Shown: positions 36,688 through 48,300 of the stretch, piece after piece
How positions within the stretch are numbered: the stretch's first letter is position 1
Layout of the letters: each line of letters begins with the position of its first letter
Assembly (NCBI GenBank): GCA_051362555.1
Contig: CM120649.1
Coordinates: forward strand, 1,922,001-1,986,000
Reading direction: 5' to 3'
From: Lingula anatina
Lineage: Eukaryota > Animalia > Brachiopoda
Length of the DNA stretch: 64,000 bases
Notes under the pieces: generated by a model
What the model was told of the DNA's origin: nothing
The model's input: the letters and a program-made list of their open reading frames with translations, nothing else
The model's database searches: none
Program-made: the position numbers and the translations under genes

Positions 36688-39600
36688 GTATCAATTCTTG
36701 ACCTATGCAGTGCAGTGTATTGGCTGTACTGAAACACTCACCCAGCACTTCCTCCTTTATACGAAGAGCTCTCTGATATGTACTAAGAGCCTCTGCGTGG
36801 TTTCCCTGTGCAGATATGGCACGAGCTAATTCATGTATTGTGGCTACTGTCTGTTCGTGATATTCTCCAAGTATCTTCTCCTCCATAGCCAAAGCTTTCC
36901 TGAGGACTTCCACAGCACCCTTTGCATTGCCCATCTCCATCATTTCATAGCCCATGTTACGCAGTGTATTGGCTGTACTATGACTTTCACCCAGCACTTG
37001 CTCCTGTATAGGAAGAGCCCTCTGGTATGTACTAAGAGCCTCTTCTTGGTTTCTCTGTGCAGATATGGCAAGAGCTAATATATGTATTGTAGCTGCTATC
37101 TGTTCGTGGTATTCTCCCAGTATCTTCTCCTCCATAGCCAAAGCTCTCCTGAGGACATCCAGAGCACCGTCTGCATTGCCCATCTTTATCATTTCCTGAC
37201 CCATGCTATACAATGTAATGGCTGTACTGCGACTTTCACCCTGCACTTGCTCTAGAATACGAAGAGCTCTCTGGTATGTACTAAGAGCCTCTTCGTGGTT
37301 TCCCTGTGCAGATATGGCACGAGCTAATACATGTATTGTGACTGCTGTGTGTTCGTGATATTCTCCCAGTATCTTCTCGTTCATAGCCAAAGCTCTCCTG
37401 AGGACATCCACAGCACCGTCTGCATTGCCCATCTCTATCATTTCCTGACCCATCTTATACAGTGTAATGGCTGTACTGCGACTTTCACCCTGCACTTGCT
37501 CCAGAATACCAAGAGCTCTCTGGTATGTACTAAGAGCCTCTTCGTGGTTTCCCTGTTCAGATATGGCACGACCTAATTCATATATTGTGGCTGCTGTGTG
37601 TTCGTGATATTCTCCCAGTATCTTCTCGTTCATAGCCAAAGCTCTCCTGAGGACATCCACAGCACCGTCTGCATTGCCCATCTCTATCATTTCCTGACCT
37701 ATGCAGTGCAGTGTATTGGCTGTACTGCGACTTTCACCCAGCACTTGCTCCTGTATACGAAGAGCTCTCTGGTATGTACTAAGAGCCTCTGCGTGGTTTC
37801 CCTGTGCAGATATGGCACCAGCTAATTCATGTATTGTGGCTGCTGTCGGTTCGTGATATTCTCCCAGTATCTTCTCCTCCATAGCCAAAGCTTTCCTGAG
37901 GACATCCACAGTACCCTTTGCATTGCCCATCTCCATCATTTCATAGCCCATGTTACGCAGTGTATTGGCTGTACTTTGACTTTCACCCATCACTTGTTCC
38001 TTTATACGAAGAGCTCTCTGGTATGTACTAAGAGCCTCTGCATGGTTTCCATGTGCAGATATGGCACGAGCTAATTCATGTATTGTCGCCGCTGTCTGTT
38101 CGTGATATTCTCCCAGTATCTTCTCCGCCATAACCGAAGCTCTCCTGAGGACGTCCACAGCACCGTCTGCATTGCCCATCTCCATCATTTCCTGACCCAT
38201 GCGACACAGTGTAATGGCTGTACTACAACTTTCACCCAGCACTTGCTGCAGTATACGAAGAGCTCTCTGGTATGTAGTAAGAGCCTCTGCGTGGTCTCCC
38301 TTTTCAGACATGGCACGTGCTAATGTATGTATTGTGTCTACTGTGCTTTCGTGATATTCTCCAAGTATCTTCTCCTCCATAGCCAGAGCTCTCCTGAGGA
38401 CGTCCACAGCACTGTCGGCATTTCCCATTTCAATCATTTCTAGACCCATGTAGTGCAGTGTATTGGCTGTACTCTCACTTTCACCCAGCACTTGCTCCTT
38501 TATACGAAGAGCTCTCTGGAATGTAGTAAGAGCCTCTGCGTGGTCTCCCTTTTCAGACATGGCACGTGCTAATGTATGTATTGTGACTACTGTGCTTTCG
38601 TGATATTCTCCAAGTATCTTCTCCTCCATAGCCAGAGCTCTTCTGAAGACGTCCACAGCACCGTCTGCATTGCCCATCTTTATCATTTCCTGACCCATGC
38701 GACACAGTGTAATGGCTGTACTACGACTTTCACCCAGCACTTGCTCCAGTATACGAAGAGCTCTCTGGTATGTAGTAAGAGCCTCTGCGTGGTCTCCCTT
38801 TTCAGACATGGCACAAGCTAATACGTATATTGTGACTGCTGTCTGTTCGTGATATTCTCCCAGTATTTTCTCCTTCATAGACACAGCTCTCCTAAGGACG
38901 TCCACAGCACCGTCGGCATTTCCCATCTCCATCATTTCATCACCCATGTAGTGCAGTGTATTGGCTGTACTCTCACTTTCACCCAGCACTTGCTCCTTTA
39001 TACGAAGAGCTCTCTGGAATGTACTAAGAGATTCTGTGTGGTTTCCCTGTGCAGATATGGCACGAGCTAATTCATGTATTGTCGCCGCTGTCTGTTCGTG
39101 ATATTCTCCCAGTATCTTCTCCGCCATAACCGAAGCTCTCCTGAGGACGTCCACAGCACCGTCTGCATTGCCCATCTCCATCATTTCCTGACCCATGCGA
39201 CACAGTGTAGTGGCTGTACTCTCACTTTCACCCAGCACTTGCTCCTTTATACGAAGAGCTCTCTGGTATGTAGTAAGAGCCTCTGCGCGGTCTCCCTTTT
39301 CAGACATGGCACGTGCTAATGTATGTATTGTGACTACTGTGCTTTCGTGATATTCTCCAAGTATCTTCTCCTCCATAGCCAGAGCTCTCCTGAGGACGTC
39401 CACAGCACCGTCGGCATTTCCCATTTCAATCATTTCTAGACCCATGTAGTGCAGTGTATTGGCTGTACTCTCACTTTCACCCAGCACTTGCTCCTTTATA
39501 CGAAGAGCTCTCTGGAATGTAGTAAGAGCCTCTGCGTGGTCTCCCTTTTCAGACATGGCACGTGCTAATGTATGTATTGTGACTACTGTGCTTTCGTGAT

Positions 39601-42600
39601 ATTCTCCAAGTATCTTCTCCTCCATAGCCAGAGCTCTTCTGAAGACGTCCACAGCACCGTCTGCATTGCCCATCTTTATCATTTCCTGACCCATGCGACA
39701 CAGTGTAATGGCTGTACTACGACTTTCACCCAGCACTTGCTCCAGTATACGAAGAGCTCTCTGGTATGTAGTAAGAGCCTCTGCGTGGTCTCCCTTTTCA
39801 GACATGGCACAAGCTAATACGTATATTGTGACTGCTGTCTGTTCGTGATATTCTCCCAGTATTTTCTCCTTCATAGACACAGCTCTCCTAAGGACGTCCA
39901 CAGCACCGTCGGCATTTCCCATCTCCATCATTTCATCACCCATGTAGTGCAGTGTATTGGCTGTACTCTCACTTTCACCCAGCACTTGCTCCTTTATACG
40001 AAGAGCTCTCTGGAATGTACTAAGAGATTCTGTGTGGTTTCCCTGTGCAGATATGGCACGTGCTAATTTATGGATTGTGGCTGCTGTGGTTTCGTGATAT
40101 TCTCCCAGTATCTTCTCCTGCATAGCCAGAGCTCTTCTGAGGACATCCACAGCATCGTCTGCATTGCCCATCTTTATCATTTCTAGACCCATGCTATACA
40201 GTGTACTGGCTGTACTACGACTTTCACCCAGCACTTGCTCCTGTATACGAAGAGCTCTCTGGTATGCTCTAATAGATTCTGCGTGGTTTCCCTGCGCAGA
40301 TATGGCACGAGCTAATGAATATATTGCGATTGCTGTCCGTACGTGGTATTCTCCCAGTGTCTTTTCGCTCATAGACGTAGCTCTTTTAAGAGCAACTATG
40401 GCCTCATCTATATCTCCGGCAACACTCATGATAAAACCCATGTGCGTGAGATTTTTAGCAGTGTAAGGATGTTCGCCATAGCATTCCTCTGCTAAATCAA
40501 CTGCCCGTTTGTGTAATGGCAATGATTCCTTATTTTTCCCAATGACACACAAAGCTACGGTTGCACCTTTTAAAGCAACCACATCCACTCCGTCTTCCTT
40601 ACCATCTGTCGCGGGGTTTGCATTAAGTATGTCATGCAAGGTAGATATAACGGCCTCCTTTTCTCCTCGTCTAGCTTTGATTACTGCCATTCCGGCCTGT
40701 GCAAGATATTTCATACTTAAATCGCGATGAGCAACAGCCTTGTCAAAAGTGTTGTTCAGTATATCGAGGCAATGTGCATAATTTTTTTTTGATTCCTGCA
40801 GCTGTAATGTCAAATAATAACAGCACTTACAGTATTGTTTGTAATTACATCGTCCATCTTGTTTCTCATACATCTCTTTTGCTTTAGACAAACATTTAAC
40901 GGAAGCGGATACATTTCTAAGTTCCGCGTACAGATAACCTGTATTATAATACAAAAATGCTAGGTCAAAATGGTCACTTTGTTCTCCCTGCTGTATAGCG
41001 GTGTTTAGGGCGAGTTTGAAACATCTGAGAGAATCGACTATCCTGCCTATCTGTCTTAGACTGAAGGCCAATTTTTTGGCAATGCTGCATGTTACTTTCT
41101 TTGAGATTGGGTGCATTGTCTTAAAAATATCAATACAGGCCAGATAAACATCCTTGTCTTTTTCAAACAATTTTGTTGCGTGGCGGATATTCTCTGTTTC
41201 AGCAAATGCGTACATCTCATTTATTCTATGCTCCATATATATCATGAATATCTGTTTGAATTGATCCATATTTTCTTTGGAAGCCTGTTCTCGTGCAAAT
41301 GCCTGAATAACACTATGCATAGTATACGTCCCGTTGGCTGCATCATACCCCAGAAACGAAGCATCACAAAGAGTTTGTAGACAAGTTCTGCAATCAAACA
41401 TAGTAAGACTAATTTGATGCTTTCTCAAAAGTGTAAATGCATCATCTGCGTTAAAGCTTGTTGGAAAAAGAGACAGTATTTGAACTGATTCTTGCATTTC
41501 CAGGCCCAAGAGCTTATAAGACAGGTTAATACAAGCAGCAGCGTCTAGGTGCTTGGGTGTTGAAGGTGAACGTTTTAGGGCAAATACCGTTTTTGAGGTT
41601 AGCTCCTCGATTATATCAATTGTTCTGTGACCTTGGCGCAGTAAGTAGCCAAGAATATGAAGCAGCAGTGCTACAAAGCCACATTTTTCACCCAAGTGTT
41701 TGCCGTCTTCACGACACAAATTTTGTGAATACGACTCCAACACGTCGCACGATTCATCCGCTGTCAGAGAATCAAGATTGTGAATAGGTACCACTTCGTT
41801 TGGTAACTGAATAACACGGCGAGTTGTACATAAAATGTAGGTGTTGTTACAGTAAGTTACCAATCGCTGTAGCATGGTATAGAAATGTTTCTGTGTATTG
41901 TCCTGGAGGGCACTCTCACAGTTGTCTAGTATGATGAGCATTTTTTTGCCGTACGACGATATCTCTTGACAGGCCTTGGTTATTAGACGATCAGCGTTGG
42001 TGTCGTCACTGCTTAACCTTGCTGATGATTTTAAAGTAAGAAGGGACAAAGGAATATCGTCTGCAAATGAAGCATTATCCATGTCAGCCACAGCTGAACG
42101 TATTTCTTGACAGGCGTTGGCTATGAGACGATCAGCGTTGGTGTCGCCACTGCTTAACCCTGCTGATGATTTTAAAGCGAGAAGAAGGGACAAAGGAATA
42201 TCATCTGCAAATGAAACATTCTTCAAGTCAGCCATGATTGAACGTATTCCCCACTTTGACACAAAGGTGTGGCCTATTACGGTTGCCAAAGCGGTCTTAC
42301 CTTGACCTCCAAAAGATTTTATTACAGCAAGGCGACGCATGTCCTGAAGAAATATGTCTATTAGCTTCTTGACATCTTCAGCGCGTCCCACAAAGCACGC
42401 CGGTTGCTGTGGTAAAGAGCACGTCTCCAGAACGGACCCTAAAAATATAACTCATGATGACATATTCACAGATAAACAGTATAGACACATTTAGACGTAA
42501 CTGAAATAAACGCTGACAGGGTTAAATTGGCAATATAAACCCAAAGAATGATACCTATTACATTGTACAAATTGAAAATATTTATAACATATTATTAGCC

Positions 42601-43232
42601 TGACCAACAATTTGACAGAGATGTCATTCGATTTCACAACAAACTAGGGGTGTGCTTTCAACAGTATATGGAATATTTTGTGACCGCATTCAGATTCAGA
42701 CATCTCATCCGCCAAGTCAACCTATGTCTGCGGCGATTCTGGCTAAAGTGCAGTCAATGTAATAAGCTTAATTGCCTGGCCTGCCTTTACCCTTGAGCTG
42801 CTCGAGCAGGCGTGTCAGGCATTTAAGCTGATAACGTTAGCTGCACTTAAGTGAAAATAACTACAGAGTGTCTGAATAGGAATGCTCCCAATGAGTTAAA
42901 CAAAGTCTAAAATTACTTATTCGCTTTTGTTTGTCTTCCTCTGTCACTGACGTGTTCAGAAGCCCAGTCACGAGCCACGCGTAATCTTCCTGGAGACAGG
43001 TGAGAAGCTGGTCAAATTTCTGGTTGTCTCCAGTAAGCAGAAGATTCAACAACTTTTGGGTTTGTTTCAAACGTGTTGGTTCCTGCAGGATGTCTTCACA
43101 TTGTGTGGTAGTTATCACGTCAGCCGTGATGAGTCTTTCAGATATATCCCTAACATCAAGATCTTTACATATAGCTTCCCAGTTTTTCTGTATCCTGATC
43201 TGGTTCTCTAGTGTTATTGGATAGGATGCCAT
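36683..43232 (-). CDS. CARD - NB-ARC (STAND ATPase) - TPR-repeat NLR-like protein, ~2,023 aa; coding exons 43232-42917 and 42438-36683 (stop supplied by the LTR)
   Basis: Exon 1 (ACCATGG context) encodes a CARD-like domain (IQKNWEAICKDLDVRDISERLI..TRLKQTQKLLNLLLTG..KFDQLLTCLQEDYAWLV). Donor A|gtaatt joins tag|GG in frame to LPQQPACFVGR, Walker A SFGGQGKT, Walker B LIILDNCE, sensor-1 ILCTTR, INLSY, LSLFP, MHD-like YTMHSVIQ, then ~30 TPR-like repeats. Confidence 0.88.
36688..40500 (-). repeat. Coding tandem array: 249-bp (83-aa, two-TPR) unit x ~15, with a 996-bp higher-order duplication
   Basis: Fifteen LGEYH-anchored units alternate with GES/GEC units; antisense ORFs recur at 249/498/996-bp spacing; block ~38068-39063 is nearly identical to ~39064-40060. 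Confidence 0.95.
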
Positions 43233-44405
43233 GGTTCTGCAATATCGAAAACAAAATCCAATCGTTAGCGTCTTGCGTATGAAGTGTACCAATTCTCAAA
43301 TTAGGGCCATCTCAGAAAAGCCATTACTCGACCAAATCATGCATGGTTTTACGCTTTCTCTGGAGAGGGCAATCTGGGATGGTTCCCTTTGCAAGGTAAA
43401 TACAGGTAGTATTCCAATACATAGCAACACTCTCTCTCACCATACGCACTACATCCCATGCTGAGTAGAAGTGAATGGATCTTAAATCAAAATATGATTC
43501 ACAAAACTGGAATTCTGTAAAATAGACTCTTGTTGTTCCAGAAACAATGTGTGATGTTTTATACGATCTTCGACGCATTCTAAATGTATTCATATCCCCA
43601 CTCATACCAAACCACAATGTGCTTTAAATAAAACAATTTCATGTCAAACTTATTATCGAGGTAAACTTTTACCAAGTCATTTTGTAATACTACCAATTTA
43701 TTATTTTTTCACTGTTTTACTTGTTATTCCCACGACAATAAAAGGCCGTAACGTCTTTTCCTTTCCCTAAAATTGTAAGGATTATGTGATAATGTGATAT
43801 GGTGCATGTTTCGTCCTATTTTGCATAATTATTCTCTGAAATCAATGAAACATTTAGAAATATGTTGGAAATTTATCGTCAAAACAGACAATTTTCCTCC
43901 AATTTGTCATTCTTTGACGAGCTAATATTTTAATCAATAAACTTATCTACACCTTACATGATAAAGCGTGACCATATTGCTACAAGTGCTCGAAAAAAGA
44001 TCGAATATGTAATGGATTTAGATATGCGACTGTCATACGTTCATTTATGTTTTCGTGGAAATTGAGATGACACACAAAAGAATGCAGAGATTCACTATGA
44101 ATGGTATGGTTGAATAAAACATCCATAATAGCAGAGGATATTAATGGTAAAATCCATGGTAAAAACTCTTAGAAACCTTACACATAAGATGATATTTTAA
44201 ATAGCCTAATATTATCTCTCTGTTTAAATTATCATCGATCACTATCACGTACAGTGTATGAAACCCCAAGGCAAATCCCCTCTTGGGTTATTTCTTAATC
44301 CACTATTCTATTATGCGCACATTACATGCACTTTAACTTACAAAATGCAATTTTAAGTATAAGTAACAATTTTAATACATCTATTGAATACTTAGTTGCT
44401 GTTAA

Positions 44406-45358
44406 TACCCCCGTCACACTTACTCGGAATCAGCAGGAATGAAGAAGAAAGAGCCCGAACGAAGAATTTTTAAGATTCGAACCACGTTCGGGGGAAAATT
44501 TGCAAATTGACCTTAATTATTGTAAGAGTACCGTTGGAATACTCAGAATGCGCTTGAATTCGCCTAGAATGATAAGTGCATTTTCGACTGTGTAGCTCTC
44601 AAAAGCAGTTCGAATGAAGTTGGAACACTAGGAATATTTATAATGCTGTAAGAAGGCAGTAAGAATATTTAGAATATACTTTGAACGGCGCACTAGTGTA
44701 GTTCGATTGCTGGCAAAATCAATATTTCAGCTCATCCGAGGCACATTCGAAACATTCTGGCGGAGTATAAAATCCCCGTCACACTAGAGGCGCATTGATT
44801 AAGAATGGAAATAGAATTCTTTGTGCATTCCAGGACATTCGGATAGCATTTTAAAAACATTCTAAAAGTGCATTCCAAATATTTTTACCCATTCTTGTGG
44901 CCGGATCGAATGTTTTTGTCATGTCAAAACCATTCGAAGTGCATTCCAAGATGAAATTTATCGCAATATCCCTACAGTATTCCAATTACATTCGAGGTGC
45001 ATTTGAGAGGTAATATACATGTACCTGGAATGTGCAAGAATCATTCCAGGCGGGTTCGATGTGCATTCTTATTATTCCAGAGGCATTCTTACAAAGCCGT
45101 AATATTTTATGATAATTTGAAATTCCCTCCCGAATATGGTACGAATTGTTAAATTTAGTAATTCCGGCTTGATTCCTATTGATTTTGAATAAGTTTGGCG
45201 GGGGCTTGACAAAAACATTCGGAATGCCACAAGAATGGGTAAAAATATTTAGAATGCACTCGGAATTTTTAGAATGCTCTTCGAATATCCAGGAGCGCAC
45301 AAAGAAATGTCTTTCCGACGGCATTCTTGCTCATTCCGCCTCTAGTGTGACGGGGGTA
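44406..45358. mobile_element. PIF/Harbinger-like MITE with two left ends
   Basis: TIR TACCCCCGTCACACT (44406-44420) / AGTGTGACGGGGGTA (45344-45358). A second left end CCCCGTCACACTAGAGGCG at ~44774 pairs with the right end over ~160 bp of imperfect inverted repeat. TSD not clean. Confidence 0.65.
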
Positions 45359-48300
45359 TACGGAGCCAGAAATCTTATCGTTAGTAACTTGTTGCCCATC
45401 TGACATTTTTTTTTTTAATTCATCAATCCGTTTCAAATGTTTCCGTAATGTTTCTTATAGGCAAACAGGCAAATGGAGCCAAAACAATATATTGTTATAA
45501 CATCCTTGCCGGTGGTAATCAACGAATATTGAATTAATTTATATACATACAACTGCCATTGTAAGGAAACCAGCAACATCATTTTCCCTTTAATAGGGAA
45601 AATGTTTGCAAATGGCAATTCGCTCGAAGACATGAGTCCACAAAATGTGCAGTGTACGCTCAAACATAAAATATATCCAAATATATGGCCATTTAATAAT
45701 CAGAGAGAAGTTCACTATCAAAAGATATATGTCTACCAAGCAAATGCAATACACATGCTGTTAATTAATTATAATTTTATTTAAATGCCCGTCATTCACA
45801 TAGAATGAAGCATTAAAGTCATATCCCCTGTAAGTGGAACGTTTTCTAATTTCATCGATTTCAATAAGACGTCCATTGTACGTTTTGAAAAGTGTGACTT
45901 TGATGCTAAACAAGCACGTCCATTACATCAATTCCATCAATTTTTCAAAAGGCAAAATAGCAATTGCACACGTCCTACAAAATCTACATCTAACATGTTT
46001 CAAAATTAATTATAACTTTCGGAAGAGAGATTTCATTGGCCTCTGCTTGATTCAATTTCTAAATATAAGGGTTTCGTGTTTTAATAAAGCGTGTATCACA
46101 TTTGTGTCATTATTGTTTTTGTCATTATTGTTAATGTTTTCCCAATCTCTCAGATTGGCTAAAATGGTCAAATATCAAATTAAGTCCGTAACCGTAGTAT
46201 TGCAACAAATATTTTTGAGGGAAAATGATAAAAATCTGTCTAATTTGGGGGATTAAGTCCTATCACTGACCAAAAAATAATAAATCCATTTTTCAATCGT
46301 GCGTGTTGGTTCATAGTCGATTTTAACAGAACTCTGCTCTTAAATACATAGATAAACATTAATAAAATTACTCACCGAAATCACTGTCATAGATGTAAAT
46401 ATTAGTCGATGTTTTCTTAAGAGCATTCTCCATTATCCTTTTGTCCTCATATTAAATGTGTGCTAATAATTATGTATATTCGTGTAGTCTTTAAACTGCA
46501 TACTTACCAGTGATATCAGTTTGTACTCGTATAAAGACTGCGATACGGTGGACAAGTTGAAAATTAACTTTGACTCGGCGGACTGGTATTCTGTTCAATA
46601 CCGTTGTCTAAAACTCGATAAAGCGGTGTCAATTATTGGGCTTGCACTATAATAAAAAAAGAAAAAGTAGTCACACTGGATAAACAACTAAAGTTAATTA
46701 TCAACTTGTCACGAGCTCTCTGGCAAACAATGCACAAGTTGTGGATTAAATATTACTTTGTTTATACCACCGTGCTCGGTTTATTGAATATATGACAACT
46801 AAAAATGCAAACATAAAGGTTTTTTCCCTTAGACAAAATGGGGAAAATTTTGTGTGTAACCATTGCAACTTACATTTATAAGGGGGCAGACATTTTATTT
46901 GGATAGTTGAGGACGAAGGGGTATCTGTGGCAAATAAAACAAAAACATAATTCATTTTCAAACCTTGTTGACCCATATTGATTCTTTCAGTTATATGGTT
47001 TTAACTTATTTGTTAGACTTCATTACTTGATTGCTTCGCTAATATCACAGTCAACAATTAAATAGGAAACTCTTTTTGTAGGGACAATGCTACTTATAAT
47101 ATTGGTGTCCTCACGCGCACTGTGAGTGTCAGTAGTCACGTATCTCCGTGCTATCTGTAAATTGTATATTTACCAGTGATATAGGTATCAGTTAATACTC
47201 ACGGGAAGTCTCCAAGATGGCGGACAGGTTAAGGATTAACTTTGACTTCTATGGCGGGCTTGTATTAATATTCAATAAAAGCTCGACTCTAAGACTTGAG
47301 CTATAATTAAAGAACGAAAATGTGATAAATTCGGATACACGACTGTGATTGTAAAGCAATGAATGCAGTCAGTTTTTGTATTGATAGTAAAAAAAACATT
47401 TAAAAAATCGCACACACACACACACTCACACACACACACACTCAAATGCACGGACGCACTCAGTCACTTTATTGCCTTGCATAAAATGTGTTCAAAAGGG
47501 CATATAATATCAAAATTGAAGTTGATTATGAAACTCTCTCCACCAAATAATACACAAGTTGATAGTTTAATATTATTTTGTTTATACTCTTGTCAACCGT
47601 TCACTTATTGAAGAAAGGAAGCCAAAACCTCTGTCAGTAGAATATTAACTTAATCCTAGATATTTAACAAGGCGTCTAGATGTCATGTATTTTTGCTTTT
47701 CAAAATTGCGTTTTTGATTCAAAGGTAATAATTTCGTCGAAAGAATGTCTTTATTGATATTTAAGGCCGGTGATAGGGTTAACTACGCTTAAAATCATGT
47801 TTTTGAGTTTTTTGTGTGTTTATATTAATCAAAAAAGTATCTAACGTTGGATGTAATAATTTTTATGAATTTGCATTGCAAAATGTGTCTTTTGATGAGT
47901 TTTTCAACCGGCACGTGCCCCAGTCAGGCTGACAACTAAGCCACGCCTCTGTTACTAAGGGCCGTTGCCATGAGGGGGTCGGAGCACAGTTAATGAGTTA
48001 TAAGCCGATTACGTGTGCGGTAATAGGTCATAAGTCTTACATCAGCTTAGCAGCGAAGAAGTCTAGCTAGTACACTATGGGGAAGAGAAAAGTTCGTGTT
48101 AAAAGTCCATTTCCAGAGGAAAGAAAGAAAATTTTGAAAGAGAGTAGGGCCTATGCGTGGCGGTTGGGGAAACCCGGCCCTATTTGTTCAGTCGGATGAC
48201 TGATTTCTGTATACCTAATAAATGGGTGAAAGAGTTAATCGAATCGTTTAAATTAATTGACAAATGAAAGAAAAATCGATAAATAAATAAATAAAAACGC

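Noticed and set aside
36833-40066. Series of 73-81 aa plus-strand ORFs (MYC...FVIFSQYLL...)
   Set aside because: Antisense shadows of the 249-bp TPR coding repeat.
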